From the NCBI RefSeq assembly GCF_963921235.1, contig NC_086100.1, positions 199,890,001 to 199,954,000 on the forward strand: a DNA stretch of 64,000 bases, given 5' to 3'. The notes beneath the pieces are model-generated. The model was given only the letters and a program-made list of their open reading frames with translations. It had not been told where the DNA came from and made no database searches. Shown here in pieces: positions 47,461-61,724 of this stretch (position 1 is the first letter of the stretch; each line of letters opens with the position of its first letter). Source of the stretch: Mobula hypostoma (taxonomy: Eukaryota). Both the position numbers and the translations under genes were made by a program.

Positions 47461-49973
47461 TGTACTGAAAGGACGGGTTGCACTGGAACTAGAGGGTTAG
47501 TAAGTTTGCTGGAGGTTGTTGGGGAGGGTTCAAACTAATTCATAAGGGTGATGGGAACAACATTAATAGGTGAGAAGGTGGGACAGTTGGTGTACAGTTA
47601 GATGCAACGTGTAGCGAGACTGTGAGGAAAGATAGGAAGTTGACTGTGTAAAATTGCCATCAATGGGATGGGTTGATGTCTGTCCACTTCAATGCAAGAT
47701 CAATCAGGAACAAACATGATGAACTTAGAGCACGGGTCTATACTTGGAACACCGAAATTGTGGCCATTATGGCTTCAAGAACAGGAATCGCTGCTGGATG
47801 TTCCAGGGTTGAGATATTTCTGAAGGCACAGGGAGGGAGGTAAAAGGGGTGAGGGACTGGGATTGGTAATCAGGGATGGTGTCACTGCTGCAGAAAGGGA
47901 GAACATTACAGACACTCTGTCTACTGAGTTAGAATGAGTGGAGGTCAGAAACAGGAAGGGAGTAATTACTCTATTGGGAGTGTTCTGTAGACACCTCAAT
48001 AACAACAGAGACACCGAGGAGTAGATCAGGAGACAGATTTTGGAAATGTGCAAAAAAAACATGTTTGTTGTCATGGGGATTCTACCTCCCTAATACTGTT
48101 CGGTACCTCCTTAGTGCAAAAGGCTTAGATGGAAAATAATTTGTCAGATATGTCCAGGAAGGATCCCTGGCCAAATATTTCGATATGACGACTGGAGAAG
48201 AGGCCATACTGGCTATGGTGCTCAGTAATGAACCTGGTCAGGTGGCAGATAACTTGGTGAGTGAGCTTTTCAGAGACAGGGACCACAACTCATTGGCCTT
48301 GGGAAGGGATAGGAGCAACCATTATGGGAAATACATGAGGGAAATACATGTTAATAGGGAAGTGGTGTTAGGTAAATTGAAGGGATTAAAGGGAGATAAA
48401 TCCCTAGGGCCAGGTAGTCTGCATCCCAGAGTGCTTAAGGAAGTAGCCCAAGAAATAGTGGATGCATTAGTGATAATTTTTCAAAACTCTTTAGATTCTG
48501 GACTAGTTCCTGAGGATTGGAGGGTGGCTAATGTAACCCCACTTTTTAAAAAAGGAGGGAGAGAGAAACAGGAGAATTATAGACCGGTTAGCCTAACATC
48601 GGTGGTGGGGAAATGCTAGAGTCAGTTATCAAAGATGTGATAACAGCACATTTGGAAAGCGGTGAAATCATCAGACAAAGTCAGCATGGATTTGTGAAAG
48701 GAAAATCGTGTCTGACGAATCTCATAGAACTTTTTTGAGGATGTAACTAGTAGATTGCATAGGGGAGAACCAGTGGATATGGTATATTTGAATTTTCAAA
48801 AGGCTTTTGACAAGGTCCCACACAGGAGATTAGTGTGCAAACTTAAAGCACATGGTATTGGGGGTATGGTATGGATGAGGATAGAGAATTGATTGGCAGA
48901 CAGGAAGCAAAGAGGTGGAATAAATGGGACCTTTTCAGAATGGCAGGCAGTGACTAGTGGGGTACCGCAAGGCTCAGTGCTGGGACCCCAGTTGTTTGCA
49001 ATATATATTAATGACTTAGCGAGGGAATTAAATGCAGCACCTCCAAGTTTGCGGATGACACGAAGCTGGGCGGCTGCGTTAGCTGTGAGGAGGATGCTAA
49101 GAGGATGCAGGGTGACTTGGATAGGTTAGGTGAGTGGGCAAATTCATGGCAGATGCAATTTAATGTAGATAAATGTGAGGTTATCCACTTTGGTGGCAAG
49201 AACAGGAAAACAGATTATTATCTGAATGGTGGCTGATTAGGAAAAGGGGAGGTGCAACGAGACCTGGGTTTCAATGTACAGTCATTGAAAGTGGGCATGC
49301 AGGTACAGCAGGCGGTGAAAAAGGCGAATGGTATGTTGGCATTCATAGCAAGAGGATTCGAGTACAGGAGCAGGGAGGTACTACTGCAGTTGTACAAGGC
49401 CTTGGTGAGAGCACACCTGTAGTATTGTGTGCAGCCTTGGTCCCCTAATCTGAGGAAAGACATTCTTGCCATAGAGGGAGTACAAAGAAGGTTCACCAGA
49501 TTTATTCCTGGAATGGCAGAACTTTCATATGATGAAAGATTGGATCGACTAGGCTTATACTCTCTAGAATTTAGAAGATTGAGGGGGGGATCTTATTGAA
49601 ACGTCTAAAATTCTAAAGGGATTGACAGGCTAGATGTAGGAAGATTGTTCCTGATGTTGGGGAAGTCCAGAACGAGGGGTCACAGTTTGAGGATAAAGGG
49701 GAAGCCTTTTAGGACCGACATGAGGAAAAACTTCTTCACACAGAGAGTGGTGAATCTGTGGAATTCTCTGACACAGGAAACAGTTGAGGCCAGTTCATTG
49801 GCTATATTTAAGAGGGAGTTAGACATGGCCCTTGTGGCTAAAGGGATCAGGGGGCATGGAGAGAAGTCAGGTACAGGGTTCTGAGTTGGATGGTCAGCCA
49901 TGATCATACTGAATGGCGGTGCAGGCTTGAAGGGCTGAATGTCCTATTCCTGCACCTATTTTCTATGTTTCTA
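47460..49973 (+). mobile_element. Old CR1 ORF1/endonuclease (47460-48330) joined to a subfamily A CR1 RT and 3' end (48330-49973)
   Basis: [22 protein letters not shown], tttctatgtttcta tail. Confidence 0.88.
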
Positions 49974-50479
49974 AAGTATATAATTGGGCAAGGGGGAATT
50001 TGATGCTATCGTGCAGAAATCTGGGAGCTTAAATAGGGTGTGGATGTATCTGTGTAAGTGAACAGTGGAAATGTGGATGTTGTTCAGGGAGTACTTGTTC
50101 ATTAACTACATCAACGAATGGGATCATATGGTAAACTGCATCAGCAACTTTGTGAATGACACCAATATTGGGAGCACAGTAGACAGCGAGGAAGGTTGTC
50201 AAAGCTTGCAGTGGGATCTGGGACAGCTGGAAAAATGTGTTGAAAAATGGGAAGAAGGAATATAATGTAGAGAAGTGTGAGGTGTTGCAGTTTTGGAGGA
50301 CATTTTGTGTGGTGTTGGATCACAAGAAGGGGAATTTAGAGTTGCCTATTAGTTGGCTTTTTAGAGCAGCTCATGGTTGAGCAGACTAGGGGATCAGTTA
50401 TTCTGCACTGGGTTTTGTGCAATAAACCAGAATTGACAGGGAGCTGAAGGTAAAGGGTCCCTTAGGAGACAGTGATCAT

Positions 50480-52068
50480 AGACTTAGACATAGAAATCCT
50501 ACAGCACAATACAGGCCCTTCGGCCCATAAAGCTGTGCCGACACGTCCTTACCTTAGAATGTACCTAGGGTTACCCATTGCCCTCTATCTTACTAAGCTC
50601 CAGATACCTATCCAGAAGTCTCTTTAACGACTCTATCATATCCGCCTCCACCACCACCACTGGCAGCCCATTTCACGCACTCATGACTCTCTGCATAAAA
50701 AACTTACCCCTGACAACTGATGAAGGGTCTCGGCCTGAAACGTCAACTGTACTTCTTCCTCTAGATGCTGCCTGACGTGTTGTGTTCCACCAGCGTTTTG
50801 TGTGTGTTGCTTGGATTTCCATCATCTGCAGATTTTCTCATGTTTACCCCTGATGTCTCCTCTGTACCTACTTCCAAGCACCGTAAAACTGTACCCTCTC
50901 GTGTTAGCCATTTCAGCCCTGGGAAAAAGCCTCTGACTACACACATGATCAATGCCTCTCATCATCTGATACACCTCTTATAAAAATCCACACTATTCAC
51001 AACACCTCCAACCTTTGTGTCATCAGCAAATTTACTAACCAACCCTCCACTTCCTCATCCAGGTCATTTATAAAAATCACGAAGAGTAGGGGGTCCCAGA
51101 ACAGATCCCTAAGGCACACCACTGGTTAACAGCCTCCTTGTAGAATATGACCCATCTACAACCACTCTTTGCCTTCTGTGGGCAAGCCAGTTCTGGATCC
51201 ACAAAGCAATGTCCCCTTGGATCCCATGCCTCCTTGCTTTCTCAATAAGCCTTGCATGAGGTACCTTACCAAGTGCCTTGCTGAAATCCATATACACATC
51301 TACTGCTCTACTTTCGTCAATGTGTTTAGTCACATCCTCAAAAAAATTCAATCAGGTCCGTAAGGCATGACCTGCATTTGACAAAGCTATGCTGGCTATT
51401 CCTAATCATATTATACCTCTCCAGATTTTCATAAATCCTGCCTCTCATCAACTTGCCAACCACTGAAGTGAGACTCACTGGTCCATAACTTCCTGGGCTA
51501 TCTCTACTTTCTTTCTTGAGCAAGGGAACAACATCTGCAATGCTCCAATCCTCTGGAACCTCTCCTGTCCTAATTAATGATGCAAAGATCATCGCCAGAG
51601 GCTCAGAAATCTCCTCCCTCGACTCCCACAGTAGCTTGGGGTACATCTTGTCTGGTCCCGGTGACTTACCCAACTTGATGCTTTCCAAAAGCTCCAGCAC
51701 ATCCTCTTTCTTAATATCTATATGCTCAACTTTTTCAGCTGCTGCAAGTCATCCCTACAATCGCCAATATCCTTCTTCATAGAGACTACTGAAGCAAAGT
51801 ATTCATTAAGTACCTCTGCTATCTCCTCCAGTTCCATACACACTTTTCCGCTGTCACGCTTGATTGGTCCTATTCTCTCACGTCTTATGCTCTTGATCTT
51901 CACATACTTGTAGAACACCTTGGGGTTCTCCTTAATCCTTTGTGCCACGTGCTTCTCATAGCCCCTTCTGGGTCTTCTAATTTCCTTCTTAAGCTCCTTC
52001 CTGCTAGCCTTATAATCTCTGGATCTCTATCATTACCTAAATTTTTGAATGACTGGTAAGCTTTTCTT
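50480..52068 (-). mobile_element. Internally deleted CR1 (subfamily B)
   Basis: ORFs 51109-51948; tail catagaaatcctacagcac. Confidence 0.88.
50714..50843 (+). mobile_element. Short PLE pLTR insert beginning at the hammerhead core, 10-bp TSD
   Basis: CTGATGA-AGG..CCT-GAAACGTC at 50717-50744; TSD ttacccctga (50704-13, 50844-53). Confidence 0.85.
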
Positions 52069-52747
52069 TATATGTCAATGACTTTGATGATGGAATTGAT
52101 GTCTTTGTGGTCAAGTTTGCAGATGATACAAAGATAAGAGGAGGGGGTTGAGGAAACAGGGAGGTTGCTTAAGGACTGAAACAGATTAGAAGAATGGGAA
52201 AAGAAGTGGCAGATGGGATACAATGTCAGCAAGTGTATGGTCAGGCACTTTGGGAGAAGAAATAAAAACATAGACTATTTTCTCAATGGAAAAAAAACCA
52301 CAAAAATTTGAGGTGCAAGGGGACTTGGTTGTCCTTCTGCAGGATTCTGTATTGATTAATTTGCAGGTTTAGAGGATGGTGAGGAAGGCAAATACAATAT
52401 TAGCATTTCTTTCAAGGGGACTAGAATATAAAAGCATGGATGTAATGTTCAGACTGTATGAGAAGCTGGTGAGGCCTCACTTGGAGTATTGTGAGCAGTT
52501 TTGGGCCCCTTATCTAAGAGAGAACGTGCTGATGTTGGAGTGGGTTCAAAGGAGGTTCACAAAAATAATTCCTGGAATGAAAGGTTTATCAGATGAGGAG
52601 CATTTGATGGCTCTGGTTCTGCACTCACTAGAATTCAGAAGGATGAGACGGGAGCTAATTGAAACCTATGGAATGTTGCAAGGCCTTGTAAGAGTGGATA
52701 TCGAGAGTATCTTTCCAGTGCTGAGGGAGTCTTAGACCAGAGGACAC
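52069..52747 (+). mobile_element. CR1 RT C-terminal fragment (subfamily C)
   Basis: ORF 52376..52735 VRKANTILAF..RPHLEYC..QRRFT. Confidence 0.85.
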
Positions 52748-55375
52748 TGTTGTGTCTGTATACAATGACATATCATTTAAAATAAAAGCATGCACGTGGT
52801 AGATTGCTTTAACTAGTGTATTCACATTGCAGTGAGAGAGCGGAGGGACAATGCACATGCATAGACAACCGTCTATATGTGGTGCGAAGGGCGGTCACTG
52901 CTCAGAAAGAAATAGATCGATACATTACACTTCCTTCTCCTTTAGATTAATGCAACAAAAAACAGTATATGTACAAGACATTCAATTTCCAATTCACAAA
53001 CCCATATTCCAAATAAACATTTTCAATTTCCAATTCATAAACCCCATAAGCATGTTCCAAATAAACATGCTTTCACAATAACAGTCCGTAACTAACTTCA
53101 CAGTTCTAAAGGTTCAGTCTTTTTAGTTTCTTTGAGGATGGCGTCTCTGGACCTGTGGAGCGGCGTCAGGTTTGGGAGGTGTCTGTCGACAATAACATTC
53201 CCGTCTCGTCTCCGGTCCTGTGGAGTGGCATTAGGTTTGGGAGGTGTCCTGACATCATCACTGAGAGGCAAATCCAGTGACTGTAATGTGTCTGTCTTGT
53301 TGGATGCAATCGACTCAGGTGTGTTCTTCAGCTGGGCTTCCAGTATCTGGGCCACATGACATCTCCATGTCTCATCTCCAATATCCACTGTCCAATCTGG
53401 AAGCTCCTTGCTGCTTCACTTGGCAACCAGCTGAACTTTTTATTCTGCACTTCCCTCTGTAGCTCTGGTTTCAGGAGGTTTATGTGCGATCTCAGATTCC
53501 TGTTCATGAACAGCATTGCGGGTGTTTGATTTGTCGTTGCATGAACAGAGCTCTGATACACAAAAAGGAAGTTTTCCATCTTGTGCTGAAGAGAAATGTC
53601 CTCTTTGTCCATCGCTTTAGTGGGCTTCTTGAAGGTTTGGATAAACCTTTCAGTTAACCCATTCATTGCTGGGTGGTGAGTTGCTGACTTGAAATATCTG
53701 ATGCCATTTTTCTACATGAACAGTCAGAATTCTCCTGACGTGTATTTTGGTCCATTATCACTCACAATTTGTTCTGGTAAGCCATTTCTGGCAAAGATAG
53801 TCCTCAGGATAGAGACGGTCTTTGTTGACGTGGTTGACTTCATTGGTATAACCTTTGGCCACTTCGAATAAACATCCACAGCAATCAGAAATGGCCATGA
53901 ATGGCCCAGCAAAGTCAGTATGTACTGTTTGCCATGGTGATGATGGCCACTCCCATGGGTGTAACGATGTCTGTGGGGGTATATTTTGAACTTTTTGGCA
54001 TCCCAATCATATTTTAGCCAAGTCTTCAATCTGTTCATCTATTCCCAGCCACCACACGTAGCTCCGGGTGTGACTCTTCTGACTGTGTACCCAGATGTCC
54101 TTCATGCAGATTCTCTAACACTCTGGTGTGCAGTTTAGAGGGAACCACAACACAAGATCCACACATCAGCGTTCTTTGACACACTGACAGTAGGTCTCGT
54201 CTAGTTCAGATCTCTGGAAGCATAAGGTTACCATGAGCTGGCTATCCTTGCATCATGATTTCATAGACTTTTGACTAAATGTTGTGTCATTCCTTGATTC
54301 CCTTCTATTTTGTAATTTGTTACCGGCAACTGCCCCACCAGTGCTCTATGGATCAGCTCTGCTGGGTCACAGTATGAAGACTTTTCTTCAGTTGCCGATA
54401 GTGGAAGACGTGACAAGCCACCAGCGTTGCTGTGTTGTTGGTACTCCTGAGCTCTATGTCATAAGAGTGGACTTCTAGGAACAGTGCCCAATGTTATAAC
54501 CAGGTAGCATCATCACTGGAATTCCCTTCCTGGGATTGAAAATGGACTGAAGGGGCTGGTGATCTGTCACTAGCATAAACTTTTGTCCGTAGAGGTAGTG
54601 AAAGAACTTCTTTATTCCCCACACTAGACTAGAGGCCTCTCTGTCGATCTGTGTGCAGTTACATTCTGTGCTTGTCAGTGGTCCTGAATCAAACACAATC
54701 GGACGTTCAGATCCATCTTTCATAATGTGTGACAAAACGGCTCCAGTACCATGGGACACATCACATTGCAGTCTGATGGGCAAGGATGGGTCATAATGAG
54801 TGAGCAGTTCATCTGATGTTGTTAGTCACTTTGTTTCCTTGAATGCTCTTTCACATCTCTCCGACCATTCCCACTTTGCTCCTGTCGGCAACAGTCTATT
54901 CGATGGATGCAGCATTACAGCAATGTTTGGGAGAAACTGGTGGTTGTAGTTTACAAGGCCCAAGTATGACCTGAGTTGTGACATACTCTCCGGTTTGGAT
55001 GCCTGAAACACTGCTTCAATCTTCTCTTGTGACTTCTGTAAGCCCTGCTTGTCAATGACATGTCCACAATATGAGATTTCATTCTTGAAAAAAAAACATT
55101 TCATGTCTCTTTGTGCACAGACCATACTCACACAGCCTGGTTAGCATTTTACCAAGGTTCTGGAGGTGCTCTTCATCATTCTTGCCAGTCACAATGATGT
55201 CAGCAAGGTAACATTGTGTTCCTGGGATATCTTGGTGAACTTGTTCCATTGCTCTTTGCCACATTGCTGGAGCTGATGCTACACCAAAGACGAGACAATT
55301 ATACTGGAACAGCGCCTAGTGAGTGTTGAATATGAGGAACTTCCTGCTTGTTTCCTCAGTCTCCATTTGTAGAAA
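52748..55375 (-). mobile_element. Second, decayed Gypsy remnant (RT-RH-IN plus probable 3' LTR piece)
   Basis: WQRAMEQV..CYLADIIV; LQCDVS..GAVLSH..ERPIVF..TDHQPL; VDVYSKWP..SDNGP; NGLTERFIQTFK. Confidence 0.88.
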
Positions 55376-55994
55376 GGCTAGTGACAAGACTAGTGGAGGA
55401 GGAGCTCAGGATAATGATGGCGCCGAACGGCGACTCCTTTGATCGCATCTTCGGAAACAGCTCTATGTCTGTCTTTAATATCTGGAGTTACACGCTGACC
55501 GGTTCTTTGTGGGAATGGGACTTGCTCTCGGGGTCTGACAACTGGCCGGTATTGAACACTCACTCAGGACTGTTTCAGTATACTTGTCTCGTCTTTGTCA
55601 TCATATCAGCTCCAGCAATTTGGCAAAGAGCAATTGACTAAGTGCTCCAACACAATGTTACCTTCATGACATCATTGTGACTGCCAAGGACGTACCTCCA
55701 GCGTTCCAGGATTTCATGGCTCCAGAGGCAGGCAGACTCGAGGAAACTGGTGTGTCGTGGGAGACGGAAGATCAAAAGCAGTGAGCTGGCTGCTGGCAGT
55801 GTGCCCAGAGACCTGAGTACTTTCGGCACAGAGCTCGGAAGAAACGACACAACACACCTTTAACATCATAAATCAGCGAGCTATTTGTTATGTCTCCCCT
55901 CTCGCTGTGAAACAGGGACCTCTTTTTCCCTTATTAAGGAGAGAGAGAGCCTGTGATATGTCAAATTACTGGATGAACGAGTAATTACTGGATG

Positions 55995-56083
55995 TGGAGT
56001 GATAGTAATTCTGTTAATGCCCCTCCACCCCTTCTTACTCCATCATTTATTTATTTATTTATTTATTTATTATTTCCCTTTTC

Positions 56084-56115
<32 letters not shown>

Positions 56116-56475
56116 GTCCCTCTCACTATCGCTCCTTGCCTGCTCTCCATCTTCCTCTGGGCTCCCCTCCCCCTTTGTTTCTCCCTAGGCCTTCCGTCCC
56201 ATGGTCCTCCCCCCTCCATCTCTGTATCCCTTTTGCCAATCAACTTTCCAGCTCTTAACTTCATCCCTCCCCCTCCTGCCTTCTCCTATCATTTCGGATC
56301 TCTCCCTCCCCTTCCTACTTTCAAATTTATCCTTTCTTTCAGTTAGTCCTGACGAAGGGTCTCGGCCTGAAATGTCAACTGTATTTCTTTCTATTGATGC
56401 TGCCTGGCCTGCTGCGTTCACCAGCACTTTGTGTGTGTTGCTTGAATTTCCAGCATCTGCAGATTTTCTCGTGTT
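55995..56475 (+). mobile_element. PLE 3' UTR plus pLTR with variant hammerhead (56345-56380)
   Basis: AGTC-CTGACGA-AGG..CCT-GAAA-TGTC-AACT; pyrimidine-rich UTR. Confidence 0.85.
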
Positions 56476-56940
56476 TACAAGGATGTTGCCTGGATTGGGG
56501 AGCATGCCTTATGAGAATAGGTTGAGTGAACTTGGCCTTTTCTCCTTGGAGTGACGGAGGATGAGAGATGACCTGATAGAGGTGTATAAGATGATGAGAG
56601 GCATTGATTGTGTGGATAGTGAGAGGCTTTTTCCCAGGGGTGAAATGGCTAACATGAGAGGGTACATTTTTAAGATACTGGGGAGTAGGTACAGAGGAGA
56701 TGTCAGGGGTATGTTTTTTACTCAGAGAGTGGTGAGTGCGTGGAATGGGCTGCCAGCGGCGGTGGTGGAGGCGGATACGATAGGGTCTTTTAAGAGACTA
56801 CTGGATGGGTACATGGAGCTCAGCAAAATAGAGGGCTATGGTTAACCCTAGGTAAATTCTGGGGTAAGGACATGTTCGGTACAGCTTTGTGAACTGAAGG
56901 GCCTGTACTGTGCTGTAGGCTTTCTATGTTTCTATGTTTT
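56476..56940 (+). mobile_element. CR1 3' end (subfamily B)
   Basis: FTRMLPGL..DLIEVYK..FFTQRVV; tttctatgtttctatg. Confidence 0.9.
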
Positions 56941-57667
56941 TAATAGATCAATACATTTGTGTAGACAACAAGTCAACGTGTATGTGTAGCCTATAGATCA
57001 ATGGGTTTGTGTGGACAATAGATCAATATGCATGTGTAGACAGCAGATCGACATGTATGTGTAGACAAAAATCAATATGGATGTGTGGAAAATAATCCAT
57101 ATGTTTGTGTGAACAAGAAATCAATACGTTTGTGTAGACAACAGATCAATATGCTTGTGTAGACTATAGATTGATACGTTTGTGTAGACAACAAATCAAT
57201 GCGCATGTGTAAATATCGGATCGATACATGTGTAGAAAACAGATCAATACACAGTTGTGGACAACAGATCAATACATTTGTCCAAACAAAGATCAATACA
57301 TGCGTAGACAACAGATCGATATCCTTGTGTAAACAACCGATCAATATGCACGTGTAGCCAACATATCAATACGCAGTCATAGACGACAGATGGATATATT
57401 GCATAGATAACGCATCAATACTTTTTTGCAGACAACCAATTAACAACGAATATGTAAACAACAGATCAATATGCATGGGTAGACAACAGATCAATAGACA
57501 TGTGTAGACAGCAGTTCAATACATTCGTTTTGATAACAGATCAATACACGTGTAGACAGTAGATCGATATGTTTGTGTAGACAACAGATCCATACGCAAT
57601 TGTAGACAACAGATCAACATGGTTGTGTAGACAACAGATCGATATCTTTGTGCAGAGAACAGATCAA
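56941..57667. repeat. 25-bp minisatellite, left block
   Basis: Consensus ~GTAGACAACAGATCAATACATTTGT. Confidence 0.93.
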
Positions 57668-60600
57668 AGAAACATAGAAAATAGATGCAGGAGTAGGCCA
57701 TTCAGCCCTTCGAGCCTGCACCGCCATTCAGTACGATCATGGCTGATCATCCAACTCAGAACCATGTACCAGCCTTCTCTCCATACCCCCTTGATCCCTT
57801 TAGCCACAAGGGCCATATCTAACTCCCTCTTAAATATAGCCAATGAACTGGCCTCAACTGTTTCCTGTGGCAGAGAATTCCACAGATTCACCACTCTCTG
57901 CGTGAAGAAGTTTTTCCTCATCTTGGTCCTAAAATGCTTCCCCTTTATCCTCAAACTGTGACCCCTTGTTCTGGACTTAACCAACATCGGGAACAATCTT
58001 CCTGCATCTAGCCTGTCCAATCCCTTTAGGGTTTTATACGTTTCAATAAGACCCCCCCTCAATCTTCTAAATTCCACTGAGTATAAGCCTAGTCGATCCA
58101 GTCTTTCATCATATGAAAGTCCTGCCATCCCAGGAATCAATCTGGTGAACCTTCTTAGTACTCCCTCTATGGCAAGAATGTCTTTCCTCAGATTAGGGGA
58201 CCAAAACTGCACACAATACTACAGGTGTGGTCTCACCAAGGACTTGTACAACTGCAGTAGTATCTCCCTGCTCCTGTACTCAAATCCACTTGCTATGAAT
58301 GCCAACATACCATTCGCCTTTTTCACCGCCTGCTGTACCTGCATGCCCACTTTCAATGACTGTACAATGACCCCCAGGTCTCGTTGCACCTCCCCTTTTC
58401 CTAATCGGCCACCATTCAGATAATAATCTGTTTTCCTGTTCTTGCCACCAAAGTGGATAACCTCACATTTATCCACATTAAATTGCATCTGCCATGAATT
58501 TGCCCACTCACCAAACCTATCCAAGTCACCCTGCATCCTCTTAGCATCCTCCTCACAGCTAACACTGCCGCCCAGCTTCTTGTCATCCGCAAACTTGGAG
58601 ATGCTGCATTTAATTCCCTCGTCTAAGTCATTAATATATATTGTAAACAACTGGGGTCCCAGCACTGAGCCTTGCTGTACCCCACTAGTCACCGCCTGCC
58701 ATTCTGAAAAGGTCCCGTTTATTCCCACTCTTTGCTTCCTGTCTGCCAACCAATTCTCTATCCACATCAAAACCATACCCCCAATACCGTGTGCTTCAAG
58801 TTTGCACACTAATCTCCTGTGTGGGACCTTGTCAAAAGCCTTTTGAAAATCCAAATATACCACATCCACTGGTTCTCCCCTATCCACTCTACTCGTTACA
58901 TCCTCAAAAAATTCTATGAGATTCGTCAGACATGATTTTCCTTTCACAAATCCATGCTGACTTTGTCCGATGATTTCACCTCTTTCCAAATGTGCAGTTA
59001 TCACATCTTTGATAACCGACTCTAGCATTTTCCCCACCACTGATGTTAGGCTAACTGGTCTATAATTTAAAAACGCAAACAACAGGAATTCTGCAGATGC
59101 TGGAAATTCAAGCAACCCACATCAAAGTTGCTGGTGAACGCAGCAGGCCAGGCAGCATCTCTAGGAAGAGGCACAGTCGACGTTTGAGGCCGAGACCCTT
59201 CGTCAGGACCCTTCGTCCTGACGGAGGTTCTTGGCCTGAAACGTCGACTGTATCTCTTCCTAGAGATGCTGCCTGGCCTGCTGCGTTCAGCAGCAACTTT
59301 GATGTGTGTTGCGGGTCTATAATTCCCTGGTTTCTCTCTCCCTCCTTTTTTAAAAAGCGGGATTACATTAACCACCCTCCAATCCTCAGGAACTAGTCCA
59401 GAATCTAAAGAGTTTTGAAAAATTATCAATAATGCATCCACTATTTCTTGGGCTACTTCCTTAAGCACTCTGGGATGTAGACCATCTGGCCCTGGGGATT
59501 TATCTGCCTTTAATCCCTTCAATTTACCTAACACCACTTACCTACTAACATGTATTTCCCTCAGTTTCTCCATCTCACTAGACCCTCTGTCCCCTACTAT
59601 TTCCGGAGGATTATTTATGTCCTCCTTAGTGAAGACAGAACCAAAGTATTTATTCAATTGGTCTCCCTTGTCCTTCTTCCCCATGATCAATTCACCTGTT
59701 TCTGACTGTAAGGGACCTACATTTGTCTTAACCAATCTTTTTCTTTTCACATATCTATAAAAGCTTTTACGGTCAGTTTTTTTGTCCCCTGCCAGTCTTC
59801 TCTCATAATCTTTTTTCTCTTTCCCAATTAAGCCCTTTGTCCTCCTCTGTTGGACTCTGAATTTCTCACAGTCCTCAGGTGAACTGCTTTTTATGGCTAA
59901 TCTGTATGTTTGTTCTTTGGAATTGATACTATCCCTAATTTCCCTTGTCAGCCACAGGTGCACTACCTTCCATGGTTTATTCTTTTGCCAAACTGGGATG
60001 AACAATTGTTGTAGTTCATCCATGTGATCTTTAAATGCTTGCCATTGCATATCCACCGTCAACCCTTTAAACTTCATTTGCCTGTCTATCTTAGTTAATT
60101 CACGTCTCATACCTTCAAATTTACCCTTGTTTAAGTTCAGAACCTTTGGTTCAGAATTAATTATGTCACTCTCCATCTTAATGAAGAATTCCACCATATT
60201 ATGGTCACTCTTACCCAAGGGGCCTCTCACGACAAGATTGCTAATTAACCCTTCCTCATTGCTCAATACCCAGTCTAGAATGGCCTGTTCGCTAGTTCTT
60301 TCCTCGACACGTTGGTTCAGAAAACTATCCTGCATACATTCCAAGAAATCCTCTTCATCAGCACCCTTAGCAATTTGGTTCACCCAATCTATGTGTAGAT
60401 TGAAGTCCCTCATTATAACTGCTGTTCCTTCATTGCACACATTTCTAATTTCCTGTTTAATGCCATCCCCAACCTCACTACTACTGTTAGGTGGCCTGTA
60501 CACAACTCCCACCAGCGATTTCTGCCCCTTAGTATTATGCAGCTCTACCCATATCGATTCCACATCCTCCCGGCTAATGTCCTTCCTCTCTATTGCGTTA

Positions 60601-61721
60601 ATCTCCTCTCTAACCAGCAATGTTACCCCACCTCCTTTTCTTTCATGTCTATCCCTCCTGAATATTGAATATCCCTGAATGTTGAGCTCTCATCCTTGGT
60701 CACCCTGGAGCCATGTCTCTGTGATCCCAACTATATCATATTCATTAATAACAATCTGCACTTTTAATTCATCCACCTTGTTACGAATGCTCCTTGCATT
60801 GACACACAAAGCCTTCAGGCTTGCTTTTACCACACTCTTGGCCCTTATACAATTATTTTCAAAAGTGGCCCTTTTTGATTTTTGCCCTGGATTTGCCGGC
60901 CTGCCACTTTTACTTTTTGCTTCTTCCCTCATTTTACATCCCTCTGTCTCTCTGCACTGGTTCCCATCCCTCTGTTGTGAACTAGCCTCCTCTCTCCTAG
61001 TCTCTTTAATTTGATTCCCACCCCGCAACCATTCTAGTTTAAAGTCACCTCAGTAGCCCTCGCAAATCTCCCCGCCAGAATATTGGTCTCCCTAGGATTC
61101 AAGTGTAACCCGTCCTTTTCGTACAGGTCACACCTGCGCCAAAAGAGGTCCCAATGATCCAAAAACTTGAAACCCTGCCCCCTGCTCCAATCCCTCAGCC
61201 ATGCATTTATCTTCCACCTCATTGCATTCCTACTCTCACTGTTGCGTAGCACAGGCAGTAATCCCGAGATCACTACCTTTGCAGTCCTTTTTCTCAATTC
61301 CCTTCCTAACTCCTTATATTCTCCTATCAGGACCTCTTCCCTTTTCCTACCTATGTCATTGGTACCTATATGTACCACGACCTCTGGCTCCTCACCCTCC
61401 CACTTCAGGATATCTTGGACACGATCAGAAATATCCCGGACCCTGGCACCAGGGAGGCAAACTACCATCCGGGTCTCTGGACTACGTCCACAGAATCGCC
61501 TATCTGACCCCCTTACTATCGAGTCCTTTATTACTACTGCCCTCCTCTTCCTTTCCCTACCCTTCTGAGCTACAGGGCCAGACTCTGTGCCGGAGGCACG
61601 GCCACTGTCGCTTCCCCCAGGTCAGCTGTCCCCCCCAACAGTACTCAAACAGAGGTGCATATTGTCAAGGGGCACAGCCACTGGGGTACTCTCTATTACC
61701 TGACTCTTCCTCTTCCCCTTC
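57668..61721 (-). mobile_element. Near full-length CR1 (subfamily A) with ORF1 SGNH esterase domain and ORF2, inserted in the minisatellite
   Basis: CLPGARV..VVHIGTND..DGLHLN (61034..61468); endonuclease and RT ORFs 58219-61028. Confidence 0.94.
59068..59313. mobile_element. Palindromic PLE-derived hammerhead element with 11-bp TSD
   Basis: Inverted arms; TSD ggtctataatt (59057-67, 59314-24); both cores are mutated (CAAA; CTGACGG). Confidence 0.88.
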
Positions 61722-61724
61722 CAA

